This document shows, in pieces, positions 62,993-64,000 of a stretch of 64,000 bases of DNA. Under the pieces are notes generated by a model, which had not been told where the DNA came from, did no database searches, and saw only the letters and a list, made by a program, of their open reading frames with translations. Position 1 is the first letter of the stretch, and every line of letters starts with the position of its first letter. The DNA comes from Podarcis liolepis (taxonomy: Eukaryota), in assembly GCA_965112155.1 (NCBI GenBank), contig OZ218099.1; one strand, written 5' to 3'. Made by a program: the position numbers and the translations under genes.

Positions 62993-64000
62993 TCCTTAAC
63001 TCGCTTGTGTTAGGTTCTCCCTAAGGAGCAAGTGCATCCCCAAATAAACAAAATAGAAAGATACAAGGATGAGCCATGGCTGTCTACAAATGAAAGATGC
63101 ATACACAGCGCAAGTCACTTATATAATGTGCCACTTTATGCAGGCCTAAATCTTTTTCATTGAGACTAGTCCAGCCAATCAACTTGCTATGCTCATTTTG
63201 AACAATCATTCTGAGGTTCCTTCTTTGTATGCTTTCCCTACAGTACATTTACTGCTTCCTACATTGGCTTTAACTGTTTCACCACAAATAATTATTTCTG
63301 ACTCTAACACTAAAGAGCAATGGACTGAGGATGGAAAGAACTACAAGTTAGCACGGCGCATCCGAGTTTTCCCAAACATGTGTTAGCAGTTGTTAATAAT
63401 AATGCGAGCGCTGGGCATTTACAAAAGAGAATCAAAAGGAAGAGGAGATGTTTACTCCTTCATCTGCTCCCTCTATCCACCACACCTATCCACACCCAGT
63501 CGCCAAATCTCTCTCCTTTCAGTGGTCTTAGGAGGCAGGCGAGAGTAGTTGTCGGGAAGGATCAAGCCCACCACTACTTTTTATATGCAGATATGCACCT
63601 CAACCTTGCACGAGTCTTATGAGGCAGACATGGGACTGGGAACTCTGTGTTTCCTTTAGAAAGTGTCCTTTCTCCTCATCCTTTCCCAGGCTTATTGAAC
63701 AAAGCAGGAAGAATATAAGTGGAGCACACTGTAATCCAGTAGGCAGACAGACTAGCAGCAACAACTGTCCAAATTGCATTCACCATGTGTTGATGCAAAC
63801 ACATAGGCAATGCCTTCTGATTCAACTGTGCACCCAGGAGCACTGGTAAAATGAGCAGGACCGTAACGCAAAGGGGAAAAGCAGCAGATTAAGCACTTGG
63901 TGACTGGAGTATGAAGGGCTGTGCTTAGGAGGCAATGAGCTTTGAGGCAAGATGGCTCAGTTTCTTGCATGAATTGAACTGTAACTTTGCGCGTGGGACT

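Noticed and set aside
60949-64000. Next upstream CACNA2D2 exon (expected to end ...HVFIAPR)
   Set aside because: No matching frame with splice sites found; it probably lies beyond the window.

Overview
Vertebrate genomic DNA, most likely a squamate lizard (lacertid-like repeat content; this is inference). The window holds the conserved block orthologous to human 3p21.3: the 5' part of NPRL2 (- strand, 5 coding exons, runs off the left edge), CYB561D2 (+, 3 coding exons, 222 aa) sharing a bidirectional CpG-island promoter with NPRL2, TMEM115 (-, 2 coding exons, 353 aa), and the last 15 coding exons of CACNA2D2 (-, runs off the right edge). I resolved all exons by hand to GT-AG boundaries with consistent phases. 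Repeats include a 5'-truncated L1-clade LINE with an 18-bp TSD, two diverged solo LTRs of one family, hAT and Tc1/Tigger MITEs, CR1/L2 tails, a tRNA-Lys SINE and a Penelope-like palindrome. The strongest observation is that both solo LTRs keep a colinear, indel-free 109-codon frame whose Arg-rich C-terminus differs mainly by synonymous or conservative changes, which points to an LTR-encoded protein under purifying selection. Also notable are a minimal hammerhead-ribozyme palindrome in the putative long CACNA2D2 3' UTR, a U12-type intron in CACNA2D2, and an orphan RFX/NF-Y/TATA promoter-like module. Gene identities come from recalled protein sequences; no database search was run.
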